A stretch of 64,000 nucleotides of DNA, from positions 375,658,001 through 375,722,000 of the forward strand of contig OZ024740.1 in assembly GCA_964016885.1 (NCBI GenBank). Direction: 5' to 3'. Origin of the DNA: Eledone cirrhosa (lineage: Eukaryota). Positions 15,930 to 29,779 of this stretch are shown piece by piece. Made by a program: the position numbers and the translations under genes. The number at the start of each line of letters is the position of its first letter. The first letter of the stretch is position 1. Under the pieces are notes generated by a model. The model did not search any database. It saw only the letters and a list, made by a program, of their open reading frames with translations, and had not been told where the DNA came from.

Positions 15930-17130
15930 CGAATGAAGCTCTCGACAGAAAGTATTAATAAAATAGATGTTCTTTAGATCAATTACATTTTATTATACAT
16001 ATTTCGGATGTACAACAGTACGTCCTCATCAGACAAAATATAATGATACATGACAAGCCCTGAGATGTTAAATGGTTAAGATTTAATCAAGGTAGTGATT
16101 ACCCGATAGAAAATTTTACTTATATAATATCTGTGTGAGAGTGCGAAAACGTAATGAATTTATTAGAGAGTGTGTGGGTAAAAAAGAACGTTGCATACTT
16201 AAAGTGTTCTAAAATTTTAAATTGTATGATACTACAATATAATATATCTAGGGAAACATCTCATGAATCATAACATACAGTGATAGCCACTGGAAAAAGA
16301 TTTATAAGGAGGGAAAGATAAAGTGTGGGATTTTCTTTGAGAAAGTTAAACAGTTAGACTTTGAAAATATTTAATTCATAATATTAATGTGAAGACTCCA
16401 GATTTCAGGAATATTTATATATTATTTATATAAATTCGATAAGTGTGTTATCATTTCTAAACATCTGAATTGTGAGAATAACATTTTAAAGGATTTAGCT
16501 GGCACATAAAGAATGAAATATTATACTGTTGGTTAATTACCTAAGTCTAAACTTTAACAAATATCTCAACATATTAGGTATGTAAAGCCTTTGAAGTACT
16601 TATTGTTATAAATATTTGAATAACTATTATGTATATATATGAGTCAGTATGTATAGGGTAAATAATATCGACGAAGATAAAAATAAAATAAAATAAAATA
16701 ATTTGTTACGGATAAAATTTATACATATGTATAATTGGGTGTAAATGTACTAATTTTCATAAGCCTAATGAAAACATAAACTATGTTAGTAACTATTCAA
16801 ATTACCCTACATCTGTAAAAAAAGCTATAGTAAATAGTGTGCAAAAACGTATTAATAAAATATCAGCTAATAAAGATATATTTGATAAAAATGCGGATTA
16901 AAAAAACAACGCTTTAAAAAGAGCAGGATATATGAATAATATAGAATATGTAGATAATAACAATCCAAGTATTATTCCTAATAATAATAATAAAAATTAT
17001 AACACATATAAGAGTAACTCTTATAACTATAACTCAAACACACATACGCTAAATAAATCGAGAATACGAACTAGATCTAAACCGGTCATATGGTTTGCAC
17101 CTCCAGCTTCGGTCGCAGTTGAAACACCAT
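15930..17130 (+). mobile_element. PLE fragment with upstream inverted pLTR
   Basis: YVSNYSNYP..IVNSVQKRINKISANKDIF..ALKRAGY..RTRSKPVIWFAPP at 16780-17130. The upstream arm has a minus-strand HHR. Confidence 0.8.
15982..16044 (-). ncRNA. Intact type I hammerhead ribozyme
   Basis: attatattttgt CTGATGA ggacgtac-tgtt-gtacatcc GAAA tatgta TA ataaaatgtaat; 12-bp stem I with two G-U pairs. Confidence 0.88.
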
Positions 17131-17246
17131 ACATACATGTATGTGTGTGCGTATGTTCATATCGAGGGCGCATACTTGATGAATACCCTCCCATCCGTAC
17201 ACACACGCGCAGCTGTGCACATGGTGCACATAGTATTATATGGGAC

Positions 17247-17388
17247 AGCATAGTTACGTCCCTTTACGATCTGAGTACAAATCCCGCCGAGGTTGACTTT
17301 GCCTTTCATCCTTACGGAGTCGTTAAAATAAAGTACCAGTAATGCACTGGTTAACTGGTGGCCTTGTGCCTAACGTAGAAACAATTAT
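17247..17388 (+). mobile_element. tRNA-derived SINE, 5'-truncated
   Basis: B-box-like gagtacaaatcc and core gactttgcctttcatccttacgg..taaaataaagtaccag shared with other copies in the window. Confidence 0.8.
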
Positions 17389-17611
17389 ATGGGATAGCGA
17401 TATTGAGGATGGAGCCAACCCGATGATGTGGCGCTATAAGCCCGAAAGTGCATGCACAATATGCATAAATGTTATAGCCGCATAGTATCCTTGCACTAAT
17501 CACATATAACTTGGGTGGCACATATATATATATATATATATATATAAAATGCCTGTACGTAGAAAATTAAAAAAAATTATATAAAAATAATATAAATACA
17601 CATACATACCA

Positions 17612-17647
<36 letters not shown>

Positions 17648-17650
17648 GCA

Positions 17651-17688
<38 letters not shown>

Positions 17689-17728
17689 CATACAAAATAT
17701 ATACACACATATATTCACACACACACAT

Positions 17729-17762
<34 letters not shown>

Positions 17763-17992
17763 GTATAAATACACATATATGTGTATGTACTCATAAGCCT
17801 GTCTGCATACGCGCCCACATACAACCATATGTGAGTACACTTAAAACACCTAGTGGGTAAGTAAGGACAAGAGGGAGTATAACTAAGATCAAATGATTGA
17901 TATGAATTTTTATGAATAGGTGAGGGAGAATAGAGAGAAAAGGGGTGTAAAAGTTGTGGTAGAGAGAGGGAGAGGCAGGGGGGAGAGATAGG

Positions 17993-18036
<44 letters not shown>

Positions 18037-18429
18037 GAATTTAATAGTTGACAATAGTTGTATTTGTTCCAATATATTTTGCTCCCTGGCAATATTTATT
18101 GAACATGCTTCATAATATTATCAGCGTAATTAGGAAAGTAAAACACAAAACATTAGTAATGTGTCTAATGGAATTGTATTATGCATGTGGATATTATAGG
18201 TTTATAACTGCCTTGTGCACTTGTTATTGCATTCAATCAATAATCATTCGTTTAATATGTTTATAACTCAGGCAATATAAATAGTTCACACTCTAATTAA
18301 TTATCATTGATTTCATCAATTTCATAATTCTTGCGAACTCCTTACTGATATGGGTTTTCTATTACATTTTCCATTTTAAATTATTTTATATCATTGTATC
18401 TCAAGACAAATACATGCCATAGAGTCTGG

Positions 18430-18925
18430 AATTTTCGGCCGAGGTCGGTGGAACACCAACGGTGTGTAACAGAATATGTCAGCTTTTTCTTAGCCGAAAA
18501 AAGAAGTAAGTGACAGAGTCACTACCTTAAAATAATATCGCAAGGTCTTCAAAATGTGTTTAATTAAACATACCGTATATTACCAAATATACTATACATA
18601 CATTCATGTATACATCGCTATATCAGAGCACCAATCCTAATTTTTAATTTCTGCTCGACCGGCAATCGCTCTGTATAACCAGTTCCTGATTATTACTGGA
18701 ATTCTATAAGAATCCGGCCGCTATAATTTTCGGCCGAGTTCGGTGAGTACGTTGCTCTGACGAACCCAAACAATGTGAAACAGAATCTATCAGCTTATAT
18801 CCCTTCCTTTGCTGAAAATAGAAGTAAGTGACATAGTCACTACTTTAAAATAATAGCGCAAGGTCTTCAAAATGTTTTAAATTAAACATACCGTATATTA
18901 CCAAATATACTATACGTATATTCAT
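18430..18925 (+). repeat. ~300 bp tandem duplication, one HHR remnant per unit
   Basis: 18432-18606 repeats at 18728-18925. HHR parts at 18452-18483 and 18754-18794. Confidence 0.75.
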
Positions 18926-18957
18926 ATATAGAATATTTATGTATCGAGAGAGAGAAA

Positions 18958-21676
18958 AGGTGCCCAATACTAGTGCGGGTAGTGTTAAATATTAGAAGTG
19001 TTAATATCTAGTGGGCAAGAGGATTAGCAGAGCGTAAGCACGTGGAGAAGTAAAATACAGGAGAACAGACCGTTAAACATGTTTATTTAAAACAGCACCT
19101 ACGTACGTTTCGCCCGAATGGGCTTCTCGAGGGCATAATAACTAAAAGGCGTTCCTTATATAACCCGGAATAGGTTTTTAGAGATAAGTTCACGTCAGAG
19201 TTCATTCTTCGTAAAAAAAAACTGATTTTGGAGTAGGTCAAGGGAGATAACTATGGCCTGTGTTAGGGCAGTCTTTCCCAGACAAATGTGTTATCTGATA
19301 CAAGCATGTGGTTACTACCATACCATAGCCGATACGCACAGGGTGAGGTATGCAACGTTTGTTTCGAGACGTTTGTTTGCTTCACCTGCAGCAGATATTT
19401 CAAAGCTGTGTGTACAGCTTATCGTCGTTTCAGCTCTGCTGTTGATGAGCTCGTGGAGTGCCGTTATAATGTGGTAGAGCCCCATGAGGCAAAGCTCGCA
19501 CTTCCTCTTGAAGTTGTAAGGTGCAGCCCTGCCGACAATTTCCCAGTGCATGGAGAAGCTGATGTTTAAGTCTTTTAATGCTGTGATGTAGTTCGCGAGT
19601 GGAGTGGAGTGTCTTAATGTCTTATTTGCGAAAGAGTGGAGATCTGTTCGAAATCTAATTTTGAATGGGCCAGAGGTAGCCCCTATATAATGTTTAACAA
19701 TATTATGGCTAGTTACGGTGCACCTATATATAGCCCTATCAGTCAAGCAGTTTCCACTAAGGGGGCAGCGTCCCCTGTCTCGGCAGTTGCAATTTCGGTC
19801 GCGGTCCCTTCTAGCTCCCACGTAAGACTATTATTATTGGTATCTACGTTGTTACCTACGCTCCCACTAGATATTAACACTTCTAATATTTAACACTGCC
19901 GGCACTAGTATTGAGCACCCTCTGCATACGCCATGTTGCAAATAACTACATGTATCACCTATCCCTCCTTTTCTCTCTCTCGATACGTAATTATTCTATT
20001 ACCGTACTCCTTTTGTAGAGCATCTCATTTATTTGCCATCCTGTTGGAGAATCAGCCGTTACCCATGTATCTAATGTGTATCCCCTTACCCAGCAGAAAA
20101 ACCTACCTCAAACAACTCATAGATGCTACTAACTGGTTTATACGAGAGGTATGGCTTCAAAACATACAGGCTGTCAACTTCCTGGTCGTGACACTGGAGT
20201 TGAGTACGGGCCTATACAAGCCATACCATAAGCCTCGAGAGAGCCTTTCTTATATTAATTATGCCTCCAACCACTCTAAGCAGACTCTCAACTCCATTGT
20301 CTATAGCATCACACATAGGATCTCGAGGATATCTTCAACCAAGCGGCATATTACTACAATAGGGCCTTGATAAGCGCCGGTTTTAATCGAGGAATCTCCT
20401 ACATCCCTAATGCTAGCTCCAGAACGCCCCCCCCCCTCATAAGACTAACGCTATAGTAAGCCATATCTATAACCGACCACGCGGTAACTTCCAAGGAGTC
20501 GGATGTAATAGTATAGAAAGTCGCACTAAGAAACACAGCCACAATGTTAAATACACTGGCGATAGTATAGGTAGCTTACCACACAATAAAGATCACGACT
20601 GCAATGACAGTGACCACTGTAGCCTACTTGAATTATCCCCCTACTATGAAATCAACAAAGGTGACGGCCTACTTCCAACGCCTACCAACCAACATCTTCC
20701 GATACATAAACATAGCAGAAGGAAGAAGAGTGCACCCGAACATAAAGCGAAAGGGAAACGTAACGGGCTACAGCGCATTAACATGCATAAGAACTATCAC
20801 CCTGATAGCACTACCCGTAGCAAACCTACTAAGACACGTAATCGCCATCGTAACGTCCTATGGTTCCATCCCCCCAACTCTCGGAGTGTGGCCTCCGATA
20901 TACCCCGGATATTCTTCGAAGCCTTAGACAAGAAAATACCACCCAACCATAGGTATAGGAAAATCCTTAATAGGAACAATATAAAAATATCCTTCTCTAC
21001 TACTCCTAACCTAGCAGACATGATAGGAACAAATCACAGTAAGATCACCGAGACACAGCACGTTAGCACAGACGCACCTACACCTGACAACAGCTATATC
21101 GGCCTTAACGACTCCCTAGCAGCATCCACTAGTGCTGGCAACAGCCTCTACAGACGCAACCAACATAACCGCGACATGACTGGTGTATATGCAGGTGACC
21201 CGCATGGGTCACCTGGCGGCAACGGAAGACGCTGCTGCGTGCGGATTAATAATGGTACCACCCCGCGCACAGTGGCTTCCAATGGTGCTAATAACAGATT
21301 TGGAAGCTAGAAGGCACCGCGATCGAAATTGCAACTGCCGAGACAGGGGACGCTGCCCCCTTAGGGGAAACTGCTTAACTGAGGGGGTTATATATAGGTG
21401 CACCGTAACTAGCCATAATAGCGTTAAACATTATATAGGGGCTACCTCTGGCCCATTTAAAATTAGATTTCGAACACATCTACACTCTTTCGCAAATAAG
21501 AAATTAAGACACTCCACTTCGCTCGCGAACTACATCACAGCATTAAAAGACTTAAACATCAGCTTCTCCACGCACTGGGGAATTGTCGGCAGGGCTGCAC
21601 CTTACAACTTCAAGAGGAAGTGCGAATAAACATGTTTTAACGGTTTGTTCTCCTGTATTTTACTTCTCCACGTGCG
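18958..21676 (+). mobile_element. PLE (Penelope/Poseidon-like) with inverted 5' pLTR and internal deletions
   Basis: VNFLVVTLELSTGLYKPYHKP..YINYASNH, VLWFHPP, RNCNCR..CPL.GNCL..IYRCTV..HYIGATSGPFKIRF..H. 19495-19820 is the reverse complement of 21300-21625. Confidence 0.9.
19096..19135 (-). ncRNA. Hammerhead motif with altered CUGANGA box
   Basis: tgcc CTCGAGA a gccc-attc-gggc GAAA cgtacg TA ggtg. Confidence 0.6.
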
Positions 21677-21678
21677 TA

Positions 21679-21713
<35 letters not shown>

Positions 21714-21862
21714 GGGGGGGGGCTGTGTGTGTGTGTGTGTGCAAGTATGTGTTTGTGTGTGTGTTGGTGCGTGTGTTGTATCGATCTTAAAGCACTAAAA
21801 CGACATATCTCAAGCAATCGACGGATATGTCTGTGTTACTCTTCGTTTTCCTATCTCCGCCA

Positions 21863-21905
<43 letters not shown>

Positions 21906-22100
21906 GGCCCCTATATGTAATACACAGACACACAGACACAACACGCATATACTTAATGTTATGTATATACAGATTTGTGTGTGTGTGTTTATATATATAT
22001 ATATATATACGGTATGAGGGATTAAAATTTGAGTAAACAAAGCCATTGTGGTGTACGAAAATGAATACACAGATTCCTGATATATATATATATATATATA

Positions 22101-22672
22101 CTAGCAGCAGTACCCAGCGTTGCCTGGTTAGGTAAAATAATATCTACTTTAATGAAAAAGTTGTTGAACTTAGTGACTGCTTCTCGACGACTCATCTATG
22201 ACCACACACAGGCCATGCGGAGGAGGATGGTGATGACCTCTTTCACCGAAAAATGCGCGTGACTGACGAAGGGGCATGCTGGGGGAGGGAGTTTCGAATT
22301 TGAACGAAATCGGTTGAAAATATGGGAGCTAGAGCCGAAAAGTCGGTAATTTGAGCAAAAAGGTGGTATGTTTGAATATTTAAGCGGCTGCCACACCGTC
22401 CCTGAACAAGAAATGCAAAATATAAAGCGATTAAAGGATGTCAATGATAAATTCTATTTTGCTTTAAAATTTGAATGAAATCGGTGGCAGAATGTGGGAG
22501 CTAGAGCCAAAATTCTTCTTATTTTTGGATACCTAATAAAAGGTGATCCCCTATCAATTTTTATCTGCAGAATGACCCTGGAATAAAAAAAAAACAATAC
22601 GCTGATATATAGAAAACACTCTCGATGACTAATATATGAGCCTGTAAAATTCCATGAAAATCGGTCGTAAGA
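22101..22672 (-). mobile_element. Non-autonomous Helitron-like element (3' end clear, 5' end uncertain)
   Basis: Minus strand ends with hairpin CCAG-gcaacg-CTGG, 9 nt, then CTAG followed by T. Internal repeated gaaatcgg..tgggagctagagcc blocks. Confidence 0.55.
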
Positions 22673-22765
22673 TGAAGGCCCCTATATGTAATACACAGAC
22701 ACACACACACACACACACATACTTAATGTTATATATATACAGAGTTGTGAGTGTGGGTATATGTA

Positions 22766-22832
<67 letters not shown>

Positions 22833-22850
22833 CTGTCTATATCTTTGTAC

Positions 22851-22882
22851 TCCTGAGGAAGGGCTAAAGCCCGACACGACGA
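22851..22882 (+). ncRNA. Decayed hammerhead
   Basis: CTGAGGA a gggc-taaa-gccc GACA cgacga; GAAA is mutated and stem I is poor. Confidence 0.5.
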
Positions 22883-23219
22883 TATTTCTTTGCCCTTATC
22901 CAAATAGATGCACACACACAACAAAGAGGGTGTGGTAAGATAACAAGTGGTCCATAGCGCACCAGCATACTCATTACTTAGGGATAAGCAATGTGTTATT
23001 TGATTTATTAATTAATCTACAAATTTAATTTATAACAGATTAGAAGAACTCAACAGTTTTGTTCAGTATAATATCAATAATATTTATGTTATTATATATG
23101 TTTTAAGGGTACCAACATTTTGGTACGCTCTCATTAGAGAAAATAAAAACATTGGTTAATAGATAATGACATATTCAGACAAGACCTTGATATTGTGAGT
23201 TATATATATATATGTATAT

Positions 23220-24839
23220 TTATGTGCAACCACGCAGTATTCTTCTTTCTTCTCATGTTTTTTATATATATTTACCTCGGCTGCGTTTGTCTGTTGCTCT
23301 CTTACTGCTTCCCCGTTCTCTCTGTTGCTCTCACCTTCTTTCGCCCCCTCTGTCAGTTAAACTTTCTCTCGACTGACCTCTTCCTCGCACTTCCACTCAC
23401 TCACTCTCTGTTTCTCCCCTTCTCACTCCCTCCCGTTTGGCTTGTAGTGGGTTCTCTTCTTGCTCACATCTCACTCACGTCGGATGTTCTGTATATCGAT
23501 CGCTCATGAAATCCAGTCAGCTTAAGCTGAACGGATAACCATGTTGCTTGTTTATTCCTATATTTGCGTTGCTTTCATCCTTCTATGTTGTTTACTTATC
23601 TCACTCGCTTTACGCGATTTACTTGTCCCAATAGCTTTATTTAGCTATTGCTCGCACCAACCTAAGGTATATGATTTTTAATGCGATGAAATACCAATGA
23701 AGGTTGGCAAATCACTGACGAACGACTATTTTTATCATATGTAACCCATGCGCAACCACGCAGTATTCTGCTTTCTTCTCATGTTTTTTATATATAATTA
23801 CCTCGGCTGCGTTTGTCTGTTTCTCTCTTACTGCTTCCCCGTTCTCTCTGGTGCTCTCACCTTCTTTCGCCCCCTCTGTCAGTTACACTTTCTCTCGACT
23901 GACCTCTTCCTCGCACTTCCACTCACTTACTCTCTGTTTCTCCCCTTCTCACTCCCTCCCGTTTGGCTTGTAGTGGGTTCTCTTCTTGCTCACATCTCAC
24001 TCACGTCGGACGGTCTGTATATCGATCGCTCATGAAATCCACCCAGCTTATGCTGACCGCATAACCATGTTGCTTGTTTATTCCTATCTTTGAGTTGCTT
24101 TCGTCCTTCTATGTTGTTTACTTGTCTCACTCGCTTTACGCGATTTACTTGTCCCAATAGTTTATTTAGCTATTGCTCACACCAACCTGAGGTATATGAT
24201 TTTTAATGCGATAAAATACCAATGAAAGTTGGAAAATCAGTGACGAAGGACTATTTTTATCATATGTATGCCATTGCAACCACGCAGTACTCTTTTTCTT
24301 CTAATGTTTTTTATATATAATTACCTAGGCTGCGTTTGTCTGTTTCTCTCTTACTGCTTCCCCGTTCTCTCTGTTGCTCTCACCTTCTTTCGCCCCCTCT
24401 GTCAGTTACACTTTCTCTCGACTGACCACCTCCTCGCACTTCCACTCACCCACTCTCTGTTTCACCCCTTCTCACTTCCTTCCGTTTGGCTTGTAGTGGG
24501 TTCTCTTCTTGCCGGCATCTCACTCACGTCGGACGGTCTGTATATCGATCGGTCATGAAATCCACCCAGCTTATACTGACCGGATAACCATATTGCTTGT
24601 TTATTCCTATCTTTGCGTTGCTTTCATCCTTCTATGTTGTTTACTTATCTCACTCGCTTTACGTGATTTACTTGTCCCAATAGCTTTATTTAGCTATTGC
24701 TCGCACCAACCTGAGGTATATGAATTTTAATGTGATTAAATACCAATGAAGGTTGGAAAAACAATGACGAAGGACTATTTTTATCATATGTAACCCATGT
24801 GCAACCACGCAATATTCTTCTTTCTTCTTATGTTTTTTT

Positions 24840-24840
<1 letters not shown>
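23220..24840 (+). repeat. Tandem array, ~525 bp unit x ~3.1
   Basis: caaccacgca recurs at 23227, 23753, 24277 and 24802. Bounded by (TA)n. Diverged relative at 45115-45500. Confidence 0.95.
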
Positions 24841-24871
<31 letters not shown>

Positions 24872-24958
24872 GCAAAAGTTCTATTTAAATTGTTGGGATA
24901 CAACAAGCAAATATTTTTATAACTGATATAAAGCACCCGACAAATATTTGGAGTAGAT

Positions 24959-27900
24959 ATACGATATTAATAAATGGAAACTCTATTTATAAAACCATAT
25001 TTATTTCATTATATATATGTCAAGGATACCAAGTAAAATTATGGTATGCCTTCATCAGACAAAATACAATATATAACAGTTTTATAAATAGACATTGACG
25101 TACCCTTTTAAAAAGTGACCGTTGCTTTTGGAGGCCATCAGGATAGTGGTTTGTTTACTTTAGTAAGTCATAGTGTTAAGAGTAAGTAAAAAGATGGAGA
25201 GAGAGAGAGAAACGTGGAGAAAAGAAAGGGAGAGATAGATAAAGAAAAAGAAGAAAGCAAAAAGAAAAGAGAACAGAGGAAAATAACGGGGAGATATCAA
25301 ACCATCAGACAGAGAAAAAAACTCAAGAGACAGATATATAGAGAGGGGGTAGAGAACGAAAACCTTAAGTTATGTCATATTAAGTTGAGTTAACAATTGA
25401 GATGAAATGAATAAATAAAATTAGAAATATTAATATTCATGAATGGAATATAGATATATAATATGAGAAATTACACATTGTTTAATTATGATTAGATATT
25501 TAGTTTAAAAATTGAGATCAATATATCAAAAATTGGAATTTAAACATTATAAAATATATATATTGCTAGAGAAATTACCTATCGTATATCACGTACACAT
25601 AGGAAAAGATACATAAATATATATATACACACACGCTCGGAAAATACACATTATATCTACTCCCGCATATAACATATACATACAAAACATAAGTGAATTT
25701 TTCTTTATTGCTATACATTCCTTGTGTTATTATTTAAACATTTTAGTATATATATATAAATATATAGGATTAACTTTCATGCATTTATGGCTGTTAAGTT
25801 ATGCATATCTGCAATCAAAACCTGCATGTGTAAGCCTGTACATTCACACCCATAATTCTTAGCTATACATGAATAGATATGTGTGTGCATCTTCACGCAA
25901 TTGGTGTACACGTGTCACTCATGCATATATACAGACAGACATATAATCATAAAAAAGCATATACCATGTATATGTATGTCAATACACATATATAGATACA
26001 TAAGCCCTATATAGACATACGTATACGTCAATATATAACATAGTACAATTGAGTATATAAAATACAAAAGGATTATATTTTGGAAATATAATTATATCAA
26101 TATAACTTAAAAGGCAAACGAATTCTACAAATATCAAAATACTAAAATATCCCAAAATATTATAGAATATTTTAAGTTAAAATAATATGTTTAATATATT
26201 TATATAGAAATTTATCTTACGTATATTTTAATCAAGATATTGAAAGGACAAAACTTTTGAAAATTATGAGAAGCTATCAGAATAAAAATAAATCTAATAA
26301 CAAAATTATGAGAAGCTATCAGAATAAAAACAAATTTAATAAAAATAACAAAATTAAAAAATAAAAAATAAAATGAATCTAATAAAAAATGAATCTCATA
26401 AAAAAAATAAAAAAATAAAATAAAATATATCAATATAACCTAAAAAACAAAGATTCTACAGATATGAAAATATTAAAAAATTTAAAAACTAAAAAATTAA
26501 AAATCTTTTTTTTTATTTTTAAAATATTATAGAATATTTTATGCTAAAATAATATGTTTAGTATAGAAATTTATCTTACGTATATTTTATTCAAGATATT
26601 GAAAGGATAAACATTTTCTAGAATAGTTTATTATATTTATAATTATATTTATGAAGAAAATTTATACTTGGGTACTTAACCAAAGAAAATGAAAAAGGTG
26701 AAGGAATCTAATGATTTATCGACAGGTTTCATATATTAACTAAATTACTTAATTAATTAAACTACATTTTAAATTTATATTTATATTTAAACGTTGAGTT
26801 CAATCTATGTCTGCAGCAACTGAATAAATTATTCCTTAAATTAAGGGAATTTTTGGTCTTTAATATAAAAAATATTTCCTCTATACAAAGATCACAATTT
26901 TCTGAAGAGGAATTAAAAGGAGTAGCTTATGAAATAATATTCCAAATCAGCGAATATTCCACATTATCTCGTTTTAGGTCCCATAATAGGCTAGATAGCG
27001 AAGTTGAAGATTTTTTTTGGATCTGTAAAAGAATTTTTATGACTATTGAAGCGGGATTTAAATTCTGTAGAGGTAGAACCCACATAATTAAATGAATTTA
27101 AATTAGTTTTAACATTACAATTATAAACTACATTTTTAGCTAAGCAGTTGTTATTTAACGGACAGTTGGATTTATTTCTACAGTTACAGTTATTCGATTG
27201 AATATTGCTTGGGTTATTATTGGCATTTTGGTTAGGTTTTAAATTTATATTATTAATTCTATTAATATTTTGCGCTAAATTTTTGGTGGAAGAGTAAGTT
27301 AATTTTATAGTATGTCTATTAAAAATTGAGTAATATTTATGTGTTCTAGGGAACCGTTTGTCAAGAGCTTTAAAAATAGTTTAGCAATAGGGGTTTTAAT
27401 ATTTAGTGAGAAAGGAGGAGCGAACCATAATATATTCCTAGTTCTATTTCTTTTTCGGCTTTCGGAGTTATTGTAATATTTTCTATTATAATTGTTGTAA
27501 TTGTTACCATAATTAAAGTTGTTATTATTTTGGTTATTTTGTATATTATTATTATTATCGATGTATTTAATTTTATTTCTATACCCAGCTCTACCTAACG
27601 CTCCGTTGTAATAATGCGTTTTTTCATCAAATATATTCTTATTAGATGAAATTCGTTCTTGAAATTCGTTCTTGAACAGAGTTCACTATAGTATTTGTAA
27701 CGGATCTGGGGGTGATTAGAGTTAAAATTGACATAATTTAAGTTCTCATTTAGTTTGTGAAATGGATAATGAAGACATGTGTTGGAATATTATCTCATAA
27801 GCTACTCCTTTTAATTCCTCTTCAGAAAATTGTGATCTTTGTATAGAGGAAATATTTGTTATATTAAAGACCAAAAATTCCCTTAATTTAAGGAGTAATT

Positions 27901-29779
27901 TATTCAGTTGCTGGAGACATAGATTGAACTCAACGTTTAAATATAAATATAAATTTAAAATGTAGTTTAATTAATTAAGTAATTTAGTTAATATATGAAA
28001 CCTGTCGATAAATCATTAGATTCCTTCACCTTTTTCATTTTCTTTGGTTAAGTACCCAAGTATAAATTTTCTTCATAAATATAATTATAAATATAATAAA
28101 CTATTCTAGAAAATGTTTATCCTTTCAATATCTTGAATAAAATATACGTAAGATAAATTTCTATACTAAACATATTATTTTAGCATAAAATATTCTATAA
28201 TATTTTAAAAATTTAAAAAAAGATTTTTAATTTTTTAGTTTTTAAACTTTTTAATATTTTCATATCTGTAGAATCCTTGTTTTTTAAGTTATATTGATAT
28301 ATTTTATTTTATTTTTTTTTTATGTTTTTATTAGATTCATTTTATTTTTTTATTAGATTCATTTTATTTTATTTTTTTTATTTTTTTTTTTTTTAATAGA
28401 TTTGTTTTTATTCTGATAGCGTCTCATAATTTTGTTATTAGATTTATTTTTATTCTGATAGCTTCTCATAATTTTCAAAAGTTTTGTCCTTTCAATATCT
28501 TGATTAAAATATACGTAAGATAAATTTCTATACTAAATATATTAAACATATTATTTTAACTTAAAATATTCTATAATATTTTGTGATATTTTAGTATTTT
28601 GATATTTGTAGAATTTGTTTGCCTTTTAAGTTATATTGATATAAATATATTTCCAAAATATAATCCTTTTGTATTTTAGATACTCAATTGTACTATGTTA
28701 TATATTGATGTATAATTATGTCTATATACGGCTTATGTATCTATATATGTGTATTGATATACATATACATGTTATATGCTTTTTTATGATTATATGTATG
28801 TCTGTATATATGCATGAGTGACGCGTGTATACCAATTGGGTGAAGATGCACACACATATCTATTCATGTCTAAGAATTATGGGTGTGAATGTACAGGCTT
28901 ACACATGCAGGTTTTGATTGCAGATATGCATAACTTAACAGCCATACATGCATGAAAGTTAATCCTATATATTTATATATATATACTAAAAAATGTTAAT
29001 TAATAACACAAGGAATGTATAGCAATAAACAAAAAAATTACTTATGCTTTGTATGTATATGTTATATGCGGGAGTAGATATAATGTGTATTTTCCGAGCG
29101 TGTGTGTATATATATATTTATGTATCTTTGCCTATGTGTACGTGATATACGATAGGTAATTTCTCTAGCAATATATATATTTTATAATGTTTAAATTACA
29201 TTTTTTTATATATTGATCTCAATTTTTAAACTGAGTATCTAATCATAATTAAACAATGTGTAATTTCTCATATTATATATCTATATTCCATTCATGAATA
29301 TTAATATTTCTAATTTTATTTATTCATTTCATCTCAATTGTTAACTCAACATAATATGACATAACTTAAGGTTTTCGTTCTCTCCCCCCTCTCTCTATCT
29401 CTATATATCTCTCTCTTGAGTTTTTTCTCTGTCTGATGGTTTGATATCTCCCCGTTATTTTCCTCTGTTCTCTTTTCTTTTTACTTTCTTCTTTTTCTTT
29501 ATCTATCTCTCCCTTTCTTTTCTCCACGTTACTCTCTCTCTCTCCCTCTTTTTACTTACTCTTAACACTATCACTTACTAAAGTAAACAAACCACTATCC
29601 TGATGGCCTCCAAAAGCAACGATCACTTCTTAAAAGGGTACGTCAATGTCTATTTATAAAACTGTTATATATTGTATTTTGTCTGATGAAGGCATACCAT
29701 AATTTTACTTGGTATCCTTGAAATATATATAATGAAATAAATATGGTTTTATAAATATAGTTTCCATTTATTAATATCG

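Noticed and set aside
23195-24558. Three repeated hydrophobic ~95-aa ORFs as a small membrane protein family
   Set aside because: They arise from pyrimidine-rich repeat sequence with inconsistent starts and no coding signature.
24706-24756. K-turn motif as a SECIS element or box C/D snoRNA
   Set aside because: AUGA lies on the 3' strand, opposite to SECIS and C/D order, and there is no upstream ORF.
23220-24840. CRISPR-like array
   Set aside because: Whole units are repeated with no unique spacers, and the context is eukaryotic.
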